DNA of 64,000 nt. Source: Eledone cirrhosa. Its lineage: Eukaryota. Under the pieces are notes generated by a model. That model saw only the letters and a list, made by a program, of their open reading frames with translations. It ran no database searches and was not told where the DNA came from. Location: contig OZ024742.1 of assembly GCA_964016885.1 (NCBI GenBank), forward strand, positions 375,410,001-375,474,000, read 5' to 3'. The position numbers were made by a program, and so were the translations under genes. This document shows positions 13,101 to 25,600 of this stretch, in pieces; positions within the stretch are counted from its first letter, which is position 1, and each line of letters begins with the position of its first letter.

Positions 13101-16100
13101 TTGACTTCTTCTGTGCCTTTGACTTCTTCTGTGCTTTTGTTTTCTTCTGTGCTTTTGACTTCTTCTGTGCCTTTGTCTTCTTCTGTGCCTTTGACTTCTT
13201 CTGTGCTTTTGACTCCTTCTGTGCCTTTGACTTCTTCTGTGCCTTTGACTTCTTCTGTGCCTTTGTCTTCTTCTGTGCCTTTGACTTCTTCTGTGCCTTT
13301 GACTTCTTCTGTGCTTTTGTTTCCTTCTGTGCTTTTGACTTCTTCTGTGCCTTTGACTTCTTCTGTGCCTTTGACTTCTTCTGTGCCTTTGACTTCTTCT
13401 GTGCCTTTGACTTCTTCTGTGCTTTTGTTTTCTTCTGTGCCTTTGACTTCTTCTGTGCCTTTGACTTCTTCTGTGCTTTTGACTTCTTCTGTGCCTTTGA
13501 CTTCTTCTGTGGTTTTGACTTCTTCTGTGCCTTTGACTTCTTCTGTGCCTTTGTCTTCTTCTGTGCCTTTGACTTCTTCTGTGCTTTTGACTTCTTCTGT
13601 GCTTTTGACTTCTTCTGTGCCTTTGACTTCTTCTGTGCTTTTGTTTTCTTCTGTACTTTTGACTTCTTCTGTGCCTTTGACTTCTTCTCTGCCTTTGACT
13701 TCTTCTGTGCTTTTGACTTCTTCTGTGCCTTTGACTTCTTCTGTGCCTTTGACTTCTTCTGTGCTTTTGACTTCTTCTGTGCCTTTGACTTCTTCTGTGC
13801 CTTTGTCTTCTTCTGTGCCTTTGACTTCTTCTGTGCTTTTGTTTTCTTCTGTGCTTTTGACTTCTTCTGTGCCTTTGACTTCTTCTGTGCCTTTAACTTC
13901 TTCTGTGCTTTTGACTTCTTCTGTGCCTTTGACTTCTTCTGTGCCTTTGTCTTCTTCTGTGCTTTTGACTTCTTCTGTGCCTTTGACTTCTTCTGTGCCT
14001 TTGACTTTTTCTGTGCCTTTGTCTTCTTCTGTGCCTTTGACCTCTTCTGTGCCTTTGACTTCTTCTGTGCTTTTGTTTTCTTCTGTGCTTTTGACTTCTT
14101 GTGTGCCTTTGACTTCTTCTGTGCTTTTGACTTCTTCTGTGCCTTTGACTTCTTCTGTGCCTTTGTCTTCTTCTGTGCCTTTGACTTCTTCTGTGCTTTT
14201 GTTTTCTTCTGTGCTTTTGACTTCTTCTGTGCCTTTGACTTCTTCTGTGCCTTTAACTTCTTCTGTGCTTTTGACTTCTTCTGTGCCTTTGACTTCTTCT
14301 GTGCCTTTGTCTTCTTCTGTGCCTTTGACTTCTTCTGTGCCTTTGACTTCTTCTGTGCCTTTGACTTCTTCTGTGCTTTTGACTTCTTCTGTGCCTTTGA
14401 CTTCTTCTGTGCCTTTGACTTCTTCTGTGCCTTTGACTTCTTCTGTGCTTTTGACTTCTTGTGTGCCTTTGACTTCTTCTGTGCTTTTGACTTCTTCTGT
14501 GCTTTTGTTTTCTTCTGTGCCTTTGACTTCTTCTGTGCCTTTGACTTCTTCTGTGCTTTTGACATCTTCTGTGCCTTTGACTTCTTCTGTGCCTTTGACT
14601 TCTTCTGTGCTTTTGTCTTCTTCTGTGCCTTTGACTTCTTCTGTGCTTTTGACTTCTTCTGTGCCTTTGACTTCTTTTGTGCTTTTGTTTTCTTCTGTGC
14701 TTTTGACTTCTTCTGTGCCTTTGACTTCTTCTGTGCCTTTGACTTCTTCTGTGCCTTTGACTTCTTCTGTGCTTTTCTCTTCTTCTGTGCCTTTGACTTC
14801 TTCTGTGCTTTTGTCTTCTTCTGTGCCTTTGACTTCTTCTGTGCGTTTGACTTCTTCTGTGCCTTTGACTTCTTCTGTGCTTTTGTTTTCTTCTGTGCCT
14901 TTGACTTCTTCTGTGCCTTTGACTTCTTCTGTGCATTTGACTTCTTCTGTGCTTTTGACTTCTTCTGTGCCTTTGACTTCTTCTGTGCCTTTGACTTCTT
15001 CTGTGCTTTTGTTTTCTTCTGTGCTTTTGACTTCTTCTGTGCCTTTGTCTTCTTCTGTGCCTTTGACTTCTTCTGTGCTTTTGACTTCTTCTGTGCCTTT
15101 GACTTCTTCTGTGCCTTTGACTTCTTCTGTGCCTTTGTCTTCTTCTGTGCCTTTGACTTCTTCTGTGCCTTTGACTTCTTCTGTGCTTTTGTTTCCTTCT
15201 GTGCTTTTGACTTCTTCTGTGCCTTTGACTTCTTCTGTGCCTTTGACTTCTTCTGTGCCTTTGACTTCTTCTGTGCCTTTGACTTCTTCTGTGCTTTTGT
15301 TTTCTTCTGTGCCTTTGACTTCTTCTGTGCCTTTGATTTCTTCTGTGCCTTTGACTTCTTCTGTGCCTTTGACTTCTTCTGTGCTTTTGACTTCTTCTGT
15401 GCCTTTGACTTCTTCTGTGGTTTTGACTTCTTCTGTGCCTTTGACTTCTTCTGTGCCTTTGTCTTCTTCTGTGCCTTTGACTTCTTCTGTGCTTTTGACT
15501 TCTTCTGTGCTTTTGACTTCTTCTGTGCCTTTGACTTCTTCTGTGCTTTTGTTTTCTTCTGTACTTTTGACTTCTTCTGTGCCTTTGACTTCTTCTCTGC
15601 CTTTGACTTCTTCTGTGCTTTTGACTTCTTCTGTGCCTTTGACTTCTTCTGTGCCTTTGACTTCTTCTGTGCTTTTGACCTCTTCTGTGCCTTTGACTTC
15701 TTCTGTGCCTTTGTCTTCTTCTGTGCCTTTGACTTCTTCTGTGCTTTTGTTTTCTTCTGTGCTTTTGACTTCTTCTGTGCCTTTGACTTCTTCTGTGCCT
15801 TTAACTTCTACTGTTCTTTTGACTTCTTCTGTGCCTTTATCTTCTTCTGTGCCTTTGACTTCTTCTGTGCCTTTGACTTCTTCTGTGCCTTTGACTTCTT
15901 CTGTGCCTTTGACTTCTTCTGTGCTTTTGACTTCTTGTGTGCCTTTGACTTCTTCTGTGCTTTTGACTACTTCTGTGCTTTTGTTTTCTTCTGTGCCTTT
16001 GACTTCTTCTGTGCCTTTGACTTCTTCTGTGCTTTTGACATCTTCTGTGCCTTTGACTTCTTCTGTGCCTTTGACTTCTTCTGTGCCTTTGTCTTTTTCT

Positions 16101-16537
16101 GTGCCTTTGACTTCTTCTGTGCTTTTGCCTTCTTCTGTGCCTTTGACTTCTTCTGTGCTTTTGACTTCTTCTGTGCCTTTGACTTCTTTTGTGCTTTTGT
16201 TTTCTTCTGTGCTTTTGACTTCTTCTGTGCCTTTGACTTCTTCTGTGCCTTTGACTTCTTCTGTGCCTTTGACTTCTTCTGTGCTTTTCTCTTCTTCTGT
16301 GCCTTTGACTTCTTCTGTGCTTTTGTCTTCTTCTGTGCCTTTGACTTCTTCTGTGCTTTTGACTTCTTCTGTGCCTTTGACTTCTTCTGTGCTTTTGTTT
16401 TCTTCTGTGCCTTTGACTTCTTCTGTGCCTTTGACTTCTTCTGTGCATTTGACTTCTTCTGTGCTTTTGACTTCTTCTGTGCCTTTGACTTCTTCTGTGC
16501 CTTTGACTTCTTCTGTGCGTTTGACTTCTTCTGTGCC
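7181..16537 (-). other. Longest stop-free (EEVK[G/S]T)n reading phase, missed by the ORF track for lack of a start codon; coding status unsupported
   Basis: Bounded by CCTTAGAC variants, which read TAA in this phase. The peptide looks like a natural charged low-complexity repeat, but the phase has more than 30 stops elsewhere in the window. Confidence 0.12.
7900..14600. repeat. Tandem segmental duplication with a period of about 2970 bp (165 monomers = 1980 + 990 sub-blocks; edges approximate)
   Basis: Matching offsets: GACATC 8657/11627, GGTT 9551/12521 and 10541/13511, GACTCC about 9215/12185 and 10241/13211. Confidence 0.8.
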
Positions 16538-19504
16538 TTAGACTTCTTCTGTGCTTTTGTTTTCTTCTGTGCTTTTGACTTCTTCTGTGCCTTTGTCTTC
16601 TTCTGTGCCTTTGACTTCTTCTGTGCTTTTGACTTCTTCTGTGCCTTTGACTTCTTCTGTGCCTTTGACTTCTTCTGTGCCTTTGTCTTCTTCTGTGCCT
16701 TTGACTTCTTCTGTGCCTTTGACTTCTTCTGTGCTTTTGTTTCCTTCTGTGCTTTTGACTTCTTCTGTGCCTTTGACTTCTTCTGTGCCTTTGACTTCTT
16801 CTGTGCCTTTGACTTCTTCTGTGCCTTTGACTTCTTCTGTGCTTTTGTTTTCTTCTGTGCCTTTGACTTCTTCTGTGCCTTTGATTTCTTCTGTGCCTTT
16901 GACTTCTTCTGTGCCTTTGACTTCTTCTGTGCTTTTGACTTCTTCTGTGCCTTTGACTTCTTCTGTGCCTTTGACTTCTTCTGTGCTTTTGACTTCTTCT
17001 GTGCTTTTGACTTCTTCTGTGCCTTTGACTTCTTCTGTGCTTTTGACTTCTTCTGTGCTTTTGACTTCTTCTGTGCCTTTGACTTCTTCTGTGCCTTTGT
17101 CTTCTTCTGTGCCTTTGACTTCTTCTGTGCCTTTGACTTCTTCTGTGCTTTTGTTTTCTTCTGTGCTTTTGACTTCTTCTGTGCCTTTGACTTCTTCTGT
17201 GCCTTTGACTTCTTCTGTGCCTTTGACTTATCCTGTGCCTTTGACTTCTTCTGTGCTTTTGTCTTCTTCTGTGCCTTTGACTTCTTCTGTGCTTTTGACT
17301 TCTTCTGTGCTTTTGACTTCTTCTGTGCCTTTGACTTCTTCTGTGCTTTTGTTTTCTTCTGTACTTTTGACTTCTTCTGTGCCTTTGACTTCTTCTCTGC
17401 CTTTGACTTCTTCTGTGCTTTTGACTTCTTCTGTGCCTTTGACTTCTTCTGTGCCTTTGACTTCTTCTGTGCTTTTGACTTCTTCTGTGCCTTTGACTTC
17501 TTCTGTGCCTTTGTCTTCTTCTGTGCCTTTGACTTCTTCTGTGCTTTTGTTTTCTTCTGTGCTTTTGACTTCTTCTGTGCCTTTGACTTCTTCTGTGCCT
17601 TTAACTTCTTCTGTGCTTTTGACTTCTTCTGTGCCTTTGACTTCTTCTGTGCCTTTGTCTTCTTCTGTGCTTTTGACTTCTTCTGTGCCTTTGACTTCTT
17701 CTGTGCCTTTGACTTTTTCTGTGCCTTTGTCTTCTTCTGTGCCTTTGACCTCTTCTGTGCCTTTGACTTCTTCTGTGCTTTTGTTTTCTTCTGTGCTTTT
17801 GACTTCTTGTGTGCCTTTGACTTCTTCTGTGCTTTTGACTTCTTCTGTGCCTTTGACTTCTTCTGTGCCTTTGTCTTCTTCTGTGCCTTTGACTTCTTCT
17901 GTGCTTTTGTTTTCTTCTGTGCTTTTGACTTCTTCTGTGCCTTTGACTTCTTCTGTGCCTTTAACTTCTTCTGTGCTTTTGACTTCTTCTGTGCCTTTGA
18001 CTTCTTCTGTGCCTTTGTCTTCTTCTGTGCCTTTGACTTCTTCTGTGCCTTTGACTTCTTCTGTGCCTTTGACTTCTTCTGTGCTTTTGACTTCTTCTGT
18101 GCCTTTGACTTCTTCTGTGCCTTTGACTTCTTCTGTGCCTTTGACTTCTTCTGTGCTTTTGACTTCTTGTGTGCCTTTGACTTCTTCTGTGCTTTTGACT
18201 TCTTCTGTGCTTTTGTTTTCTTCTGTGCCTTTGACTTCTTCTGTGCCTTTGACTTCTTCTGTGCTTTTGACATCTTCTGTGCCTTTGACTTCTTCTGTGC
18301 CTTTGACTTCTTCTGTGCTTTTGTCTTCTTCTGTGCCTTTGACTTCTTCTGTGCTTTTGACTTCTTCTGTGCCTTTGACTTCTTTTGTGCTTTTGTTTTC
18401 TTCTGTGCTTTTGACTTCTTCTGTGCCTTTGACTTCTTCTGTGCCTTTGACTTCTTCTGTGCCTTTGACTTCTTCTGTGCTTTTCTCTTCTTCTGTGCCT
18501 TTGACTTCTTCTGTGCTTTTGTCTTCTTCTGTGCCTTTGACTTCTTCTGTGCGTTTGACTTCTTCTGTGCCTTTGACTTCTTCTGTGCTTTTGTTTTCTT
18601 CTGTGCCTTTGACTTCTTCTGTGCCTTTGACTTCTTCTGTGCATTTGACTTCTTCTGTGCTTTTGACTTCTTCTGTGCCTTTGACTTCTTCTGTGCCTTT
18701 GACTTCTTCTGTGCTTTTGTTTTCTTCTGTGCTTTTGACTTCTTCTGTGCCTTTGTCTTCTTCTGTGCCTTTGACTTCTTCTGTGCTTTTGACTTCTTCT
18801 GTGCCTTTGACTTCTTCTGTGCCTTTGACTTCTTCTGTGCCTTTGTCTTCTTCTGTGCCTTTGACTTCTTCTGTGCCTTTGACTTCTTCTGTGCTTTTGT
18901 TTCCTTCTGTGCTTTTGACTTCTTCTGTGCCTTTGACTTCTTCTGTGCCTTTGACTTCTTCTGTGCCTTTGACTTCTTCTGTGCCTTTGACTTCTTCTGT
19001 GCTTTTGTTTTCTTCTGTGCCTTTGACTTCTTCTGTGCCTTTGATTTCTTCTGTGCCTTTGACTTCTTCTGTGCCTTTGACTTCTTCTGTGCTTTTGACT
19101 TCTTCTGTGCCTTTGACTTCTTCTGTGGTTTTGACTTCTTCTGTGCCTTTGACTTCTTCTGTGCCTTTGTCTTCTTCTGTGCCTTTGACTTCTTCTGTGC
19201 TTTTGACTTCTTCTGTGCTTTTGACTTCTTCTGTGCCTTTGACTTCTTCTGTGCTTTTGTTTTCTTCTGTACTTTTGACTTCTTCTGTGCCTTTGACTTC
19301 TTCTCTGCCTTTGACTTCTTCTGTGCTTTTGACTTCTTCTGTGCCTTTGACTTCTTCTGTGCCTTTGACTTCTTCTGTGCTTTTGACCTCTTCTGTGCCT
19401 TTGACTTCTTCTGTGCCTTTGTCTTCTTCTGTGCCTTTGACTTCTTCTGTGCTTTTGTTTTCTTCTGTGCTTTTGACTTCTTCTGTGCCTTTGACTTCTT
19501 CTGT

Positions 19505-19612
19505 GCCTTTAACTTCTACTGTTCTTTTGACTTCTTCTGTGCCTTTATCTTCTTCTGTGCCTTTAACTTCTACTGTTCTTTTGACTTCTTCTGTGCCTTT
19601 ATCTTCTTCTGT
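19505..19612. repeat. 54-bp (3-monomer) local tandem duplication of a variant cluster
   Basis: GCCTTTAACTTCTACTGTTCTTTTGACTTCTTCTGTGCCTTTATCTTCTTCTGT occurs twice here. Paralogous sites at about 15797, 21485, 23033 and 26252 have one copy. Confidence 0.9.
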
Positions 19613-22600
19613 GCCTTTGACTTCTTCTGTGCCTTTGACTTCTTCTGTGCCTTTGACTTCTTCTGTGCCTTTGACTTCTTCTGTGCCTTTGACTTTTTCT
19701 GTGCCTTTGTCTTCTTCTGTGCCTTTGACCTCTTCTGTGCCTTTGACTTCTTCTGTGCTTTTGTTTTCTTCTGTGCTTTTGACTTCTTGTGTGCCTTTGA
19801 CTTCTTCTGTGCTTTTGACTTCTTCTGTGCCTTTGACTTCTTCTGTGCCTTTGTCTTCTTCTGTGCCTTTGACTTCTTCTGTGCTTTTGTTTTCTTCTGT
19901 GCTTTTGACTTCTTCTGTGCCTTTGACTTCTTCTGTGCCTTTAACTTCTTCTGTGCTTTTGACTTCTTCTGTGCCTTTGACTTCTTCTGTGCCTTTGTCT
20001 TCTTCTGTGCCTTTGACTTCTTCTGTGCCTTTGACTTCTTCTGTGCCTTTGACTTCTTCTGTGCTTTTGACTTCTTCTGTGCCTTTGACTTCTTCTGTGC
20101 CTTTGACTTCTTCTGTGCCTTTGACTTCTTCTGTGCTTTTGACTTCTTGTGTGCCTTTGACTTCTTCTGTGCTTTTGACTTCTTCTGTGCTTTTGTTTTC
20201 TTCTGTGCCTTTGACTTCTTCTGTGCCTTTGACTTCTTCTGTGCTTTTGACATCTTCTGTGCCTTTGACTTCTTCTGTGCCTTTGACTTCTTCTGTGCTT
20301 TTGTCTTCTTCTGTGCCTTTGACTTCTTCTGTGCTTTTGACTTCTTCTGTGCCTTTGACTTCTTTTGTGCTTTTGTTTTCTTCTGTGCTTTTGACTTCTT
20401 CTGTGCCTTTGACTTCTTCTGTGCCTTTGACTTCTTCTGTGCCTTTGACTTCTTCTGTGCTTTTCTCTTCTTCTGTGCCTTTGACTTCTTCTGTGCTTTT
20501 GTCTTCTTCTGTGCCTTTGACTTCTTCTGTGCGTTTGACTTCTTCTGTGCCTTTGACTTCTTCTGTGCTTTTGTTTTCTTCTGTGCCTTTGACTTCTTCT
20601 GTGCCTTTGACTTCTTCTGTGCATTTGACTTCTTCTGTGCTTTTGACTTCTTCTGTGCCTTTGACTTCTTCTGTGCCTTTGACTTCTTCTGTGCTTTTGT
20701 TTTCTTCTGTGCTTTTGACTTCTTCTGTGCCTTTGTCTTCTTCTGTGCCTTTGACTTCTTCTGTGCTTTTGACTTCTTCTGTGCCTTTGACTTCTTCTGT
20801 GCCTTTGACTTCTTCTGTGCCTTTGTCTTCTTCTGTGCCTTTGACTTCTTCTGTGCCTTTGACTTCTTCTGTGCTTTTGTTTCCTTCTGTGCTTTTGACT
20901 TCTTCTGTGCCTTTGACTTCTTCTGTGCCTTTGACTTCTTCTGTGCCTTTGACTTCTTCTGTGCCTTTGACTTCTTCTGTGCTTTTGTTTTCTTCTGTGC
21001 CTTTGACTTCTTCTGTGCCTTTGATTTCTTCTGTGCCTTTGACTTCTTCTGTGCCTTTGACTTCTTCTGTGCTTTTGACTTCTTCTGTGCCTTTGACTTC
21101 TTCTGTGGTTTTGACTTCTTCTGTGCCTTTGACTTCTTCTGTGCCTTTGTCTTCTTCTGTGCCTTTGACTTCTTCTGTGCTTTTGACTTCTTCTGTGCTT
21201 TTGACTTCTTCTGTGCCTTTGACTTCTTCTGTGCTTTTGTTTTCTTCTGTACTTTTGACTTCTTCTGTGCCTTTGACTTCTTCTCTGCCTTTGACTTCTT
21301 CTGTGCTTTTGACTTCTTCTGTGCCTTTGACTTCTTCTGTGCCTTTGACTTCTTCTGTGCTTTTGACCTCTTCTGTGCCTTTGACTTCTTCTGTGCCTTT
21401 GTCTTCTTCTGTGCCTTTGACTTCTTCTGTGCTTTTGTTTTCTTCTGTGCTTTTGACTTCTTCTGTGCCTTTGACTTCTTCTGTGCCTTTAACTTCTACT
21501 GTTCTTTTGACTTCTTCTGTGCCTTTATCTTCTTCTGTGCCTTTGACTTCTTCTGTGCCTTTGACTTCTTCTGTGCCTTTGACTTCTTCTGTGCCTTTGA
21601 CTTCTTCTGTGCTTTTGACTTCTTGTGTGCCTTTGACTTCTTCTGTGCTTTTGACTACTTCTGTGCTTTTGTTTTCTTCTGTGCCTTTGACTTCTTCTGT
21701 GCCTTTGACTTCTTCTGTGCTTTTGACATCTTCTGTGCCTTTGACTTCTTCTGTGCCTTTGACTTCTTCTGTGCCTTTGTCTTTTTCTGTGCCTTTGACT
21801 TCTTCTGTGCTTTTGCCTTCTTCTGTGCCTTTGACTTCTTCTGTGCTTTTGACTTCTTCTGTGCCTTTGACTTCTTTTGTGCTTTTGTTTTCTTCTGTGC
21901 TTTTGACTTCTTCTGTGCCTTTGACTTCTTCTGTGCCTTTGACTTCTTCTGTGCCTTTGACTTCTTCTGTGCTTTTCTCTTCTTCTGTGCCTTTGACTTC
22001 TTCTGTGCTTTTGTCTTCTTCTGTGCCTTTGACTTCTTCTGTGCTTTTGACTTCTTCTGTGCCTTTGACTTCTTCTGTGCTTTTGTTTTCTTCTGTGCCT
22101 TTGACTTCTTCTGTGCCTTTGACTTCTTCTGTGCATTTGACTTCTTCTGTGCTTTTGACTTCTTCTGTGCCTTTGACTTCTTCTGTGCCTTTGACTTCTT
22201 CTGTGCGTTTGACTTCTTCTGTGCCTTAGACTTCTTCTGTGCTTTTGTTTTCTTCTGTGCTTTTGACTTCTTCTGTGCCTTTGTCTTCTTCTGTGCCTTT
22301 GACTTCTTCTGTGCTTTTGACTTCTTCTGTGCCTTTGACTTCTTCTGTGCCTTTGACTTCTTCTGTGCCTTTGTCTTCTTCTGTGCCTTTGACTTCTTCT
22401 GTGCCTTTGACTTCTTCTGTGCTTTTGTTTCCTTCTGTGCTTTTGACTTCTTCTGTGCCTTTGACTTCTTCTGTGCCTTTGACTTCTTCTGTGCCTTTGA
22501 CTTCTTCTGTGCCTTTGACTTCTTCTGTGCTTTTGTTTTCTTCTGTGCCTTTGACTTCTTCTGTGCCTTTGATTTCTTCTGTGCCTTTGACTTCTTCTGT

Positions 22601-22699
22601 GCCTTTGACTTCTTCTGTGCTTTTGACTTCTTCTGTGCCTTTGACTTCTTCTGTGGTTTTGACTTCTTCTGTGCCTTTGACTTCTTCTGTGCATTTGTC

Positions 22700-25600
22700 T
22701 TCTTCTGTGCCTTTGACTTCTTCTGTGCATTTGACTTCTTCTGTGCTTTTGACTTCTTCTGTGCCTTTGACTTCTTCTGTGCTTTTGTTTTCTTCTGTAC
22801 TTTTGACTTCTTCTGTGCCTTTGACTTCTTCTCTGCCTTTGACTTCTTCTGTGCTTTTGACTTCTTCTGTGCCTTTGACTTCTTCTGTGCCTTTGACTTC
22901 TTCTGTGCTTTTGACCTCTTCTGTGCCTTTGACTTCTTCTGTGCCTTTGTCTTCTTCTGTGCCTTTGACTTCTTCTGTGCTTTTGTTTTCTTCTGTGCTT
23001 TTGACTTCTTCTGTGCCTTTGACTTCTTCTGTGCCTTTAACTTCTACTGTTCTTTTGACTTCTTCTGTGCCTTTATCTTCTTCTGTGCCTTTGACTTCTT
23101 CTGTGCCTTTGACTTCTTCTGTGCCTTTGACTTCTTCTGTGCCTTTGACTTCTTCTGTGCTTTTGACTTCTTGTGTGCCTTTGACTTCTTCTGTGCTTTT
23201 GACTACTTCTGTGCTTTTGTTTTCTTCTGTGCCTTTGACTTCTTCTGTGCCTTTGACTTCTTCTGTGCTTTTGACATCTTCTGTGCCTTTGACTTCTTCT
23301 GTGCCTTTGACTTCTTCTGTGCCTTTGTCTTTTTCTGTGCCTTTGACTTCTTCTGTGCTTTTGCCTTCTTCTGTGCCTTTGACTTCTTCTGTGCTTTTGA
23401 CTTCTTCTGTGCCTTTGACTTCTTTTGTGCTTTTGTTTTCTTCTGTGCTTTTGACTTCTTCTGTGCCTTTGACTTCTTCTGTGCCTTTGACTTCTTCTGT
23501 GCCTTTGACTTCTTCTGTGCTTTTCTCTTCTTCTGTGCCTTTGACTTCTTCTGTGCTTTTGTCTTCTTCTGTGCCTTTGACTTCTTCTGTGCTTTTGACT
23601 TCTTCTGTGCCTTTGACTTCTTCTGTGCTTTTGTTTTCTTCTGTGCCTTTGACTTCTTCTGTGCCTTTGACTTCTTCTGTGCATTTGACTTCTTCTGTGC
23701 TTTTGACTTCTTCTGTGCCTTTGACTTCTTCTGTGCCTTTGACTTCTTCTGTGCCTTTGACTTCTTCTGTGCCTTAGACTTCTTTTGTGCTTTTGTTTTC
23801 TTCTGTGCTTTTGACTTCTTCTGTGCCTTTGTCTTCTTCTGTGCCTTTGACTTCTTCTGTGCTTTTGACTTCTTCTGTGCCTTTGACTTCTTCTGTGCCT
23901 TTGACTTCTTCTGTGCCTTTGTCTTCTTCTGTGCCTTTGACTTCTTCTGTGCCTTTGACTTCTTCTGTGCTTTTGTTTCCTTCTGTGCTTTTGACTTCTT
24001 CTGTGCCTTTGACTTCTTCTGTGCCTTTGACTTCTTCTGTGCCTTTGACTTCTTCTGTGCCTTTGACTTCTTCTGTGCTTTTGTTTTCTTCTGTGCCTTT
24101 GACTTCTTCTGTGCCTTTGATTTCTTCTGTGCCTTTGACTTCTTCTGTGCCTTTGACTTCTTCTGTGCTTTTGACTTCTTCTGTGCCTTTGACTTCTTCT
24201 GTGGTTTTGACTTCTTCTGTGCCTTTGACTTCTTCTGTGCATTTGTCTTCTTCTGTGCCTTTGACTTCTTCTGTGCATTTGACTTCTTCTGTGCTTTTGA
24301 CTTCTTCTGTGCCTTTGACTTCTTCTGTGCTTTTGTTTTCTTCTGTACTTTTGACTTCTTCTGTGCCTTTGACTTCTTCTCTGCCTTTGACTTCTTCTGT
24401 GCTTTTGACTTCTTCTGTGCCTTTGACTTCTTCTGTGCCTTTGACTTCTTCTGTGCTTTTGACCTCTTCTGTGCCTTTGACTTCTTCTGTGCCTTTGTCT
24501 TCTTCTGTGCCTTTGACTTCTTCTGTGCTTTTGTTTTCTTCTGTGCTTTTGACTTCTTCTGTGTCTTTGACTTCTTCTGTGCCTTTGACTTCTTCTGTGC
24601 CTTTAACTTCTTCTGTGCTTTTGACTTCTTCTGTGTTTTTGACTTCTTCTGTGCCTTTGTCTTCTTCTGTGCCTTTGACTTCTTCTGTGCTTTTGTTTCC
24701 TTCTGTGCTTTTGACTTCTTCTGTGCCTTTGACTTCTTCTGTGCCTTTGACTTCTTCTGTGCCTTTAACTTCTTCTGTGCTTTTGACTTCTTCTGTGCCT
24801 TTGACTTCTTCTGTGCCTTTGTCTTCTTCTGTGCTTTTGACTTCTTCTGTGCCTTTGACTTCTTCTGTGCCTTTGACTTTTTCTGTGCCTTTGTCTTCTT
24901 CTGTGCCTTTGACCTCTTCTGTGCCTTTGACTTCTTCTGTGCTTTTGTTTTCTTCTGTGCTTTTGACTTCTTCTGTGCCTTTGACTTCTTCTGTGCCTTT
25001 GTCTTCTTCTGTGCCTTTGACTTCTTCTGTGCTTTTGTTTTCTTCTGTGCTTTTGACTTCTTGTGTGCCTTTGACTTCTTCTGTGCTTTTGACTTCTGCT
25101 GTGCTTTTGTTTTCTTCTGTGCCTTTGACTTCTTCTGTGCCTTTGACTTCGTCTGTGCCTTTGACTTCTTCTGTGCTTTTGACTTCTTCTGTGCCTTTGA
25201 CTTCTGTGCTTTTGACTTCTTCTGTGCCTTTGACTTCTTCTGTGCTTTTGACTTCTTCTGTGCATTTGACTTCCTCTGTGCCTTTGACTTCTTCTGTGCC
25301 TTTGTCTTCTTCTGTGCCTTTGACTTCTTCTGTGCCTTTGACTTCTTCTGTGCTTTTGACTTCTTCTGTGCCTTTGACTTCTTCTGTGCCTTTGACTTCT
25401 TCTGTGCCTTTGTCTTCTTCTGTGCATTTGACTTCTTCTGTGCCTTTGACTTCTTCTGTGCCTTTGTTTTCTTCTGTGATTTTGACTTCTTCTGTGCCTT
25501 TGACTTCTTCTGTGCCTTTGACTTCTTCTGTGCTTTTGACATCTTCTGTGCCTTTGACTTCTTCTGTGCCTTTGACTTCTTCTGTGCCTTTGTCTTCTTC

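Larger units (their letters stand above)
1..22700. repeat. HOR layer A: indel-free array with an HOR of about 1.9-2.0 kb plus 990-bp and about 1.5-kb truncated copies
   Basis: A fixed marker order recurs: GACATC > GTCTTTTT > TCTTTTGTG > TTTTCTC > GCATTT > (CCTTAGAC) > GTTTCC > GATTTC > GTGGTT > GTACTT > TCTCTG > TTAAC > GACCTC > TTGTGTG. The GGTT marker lies at about 1109, 3035, 4547, 7607, 9551, 10541, 12521, 13511, 15419, 19127, 21107 and 22655, all spacings being multiples of 18. The layer boundary is approximate. Confidence 0.88.
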
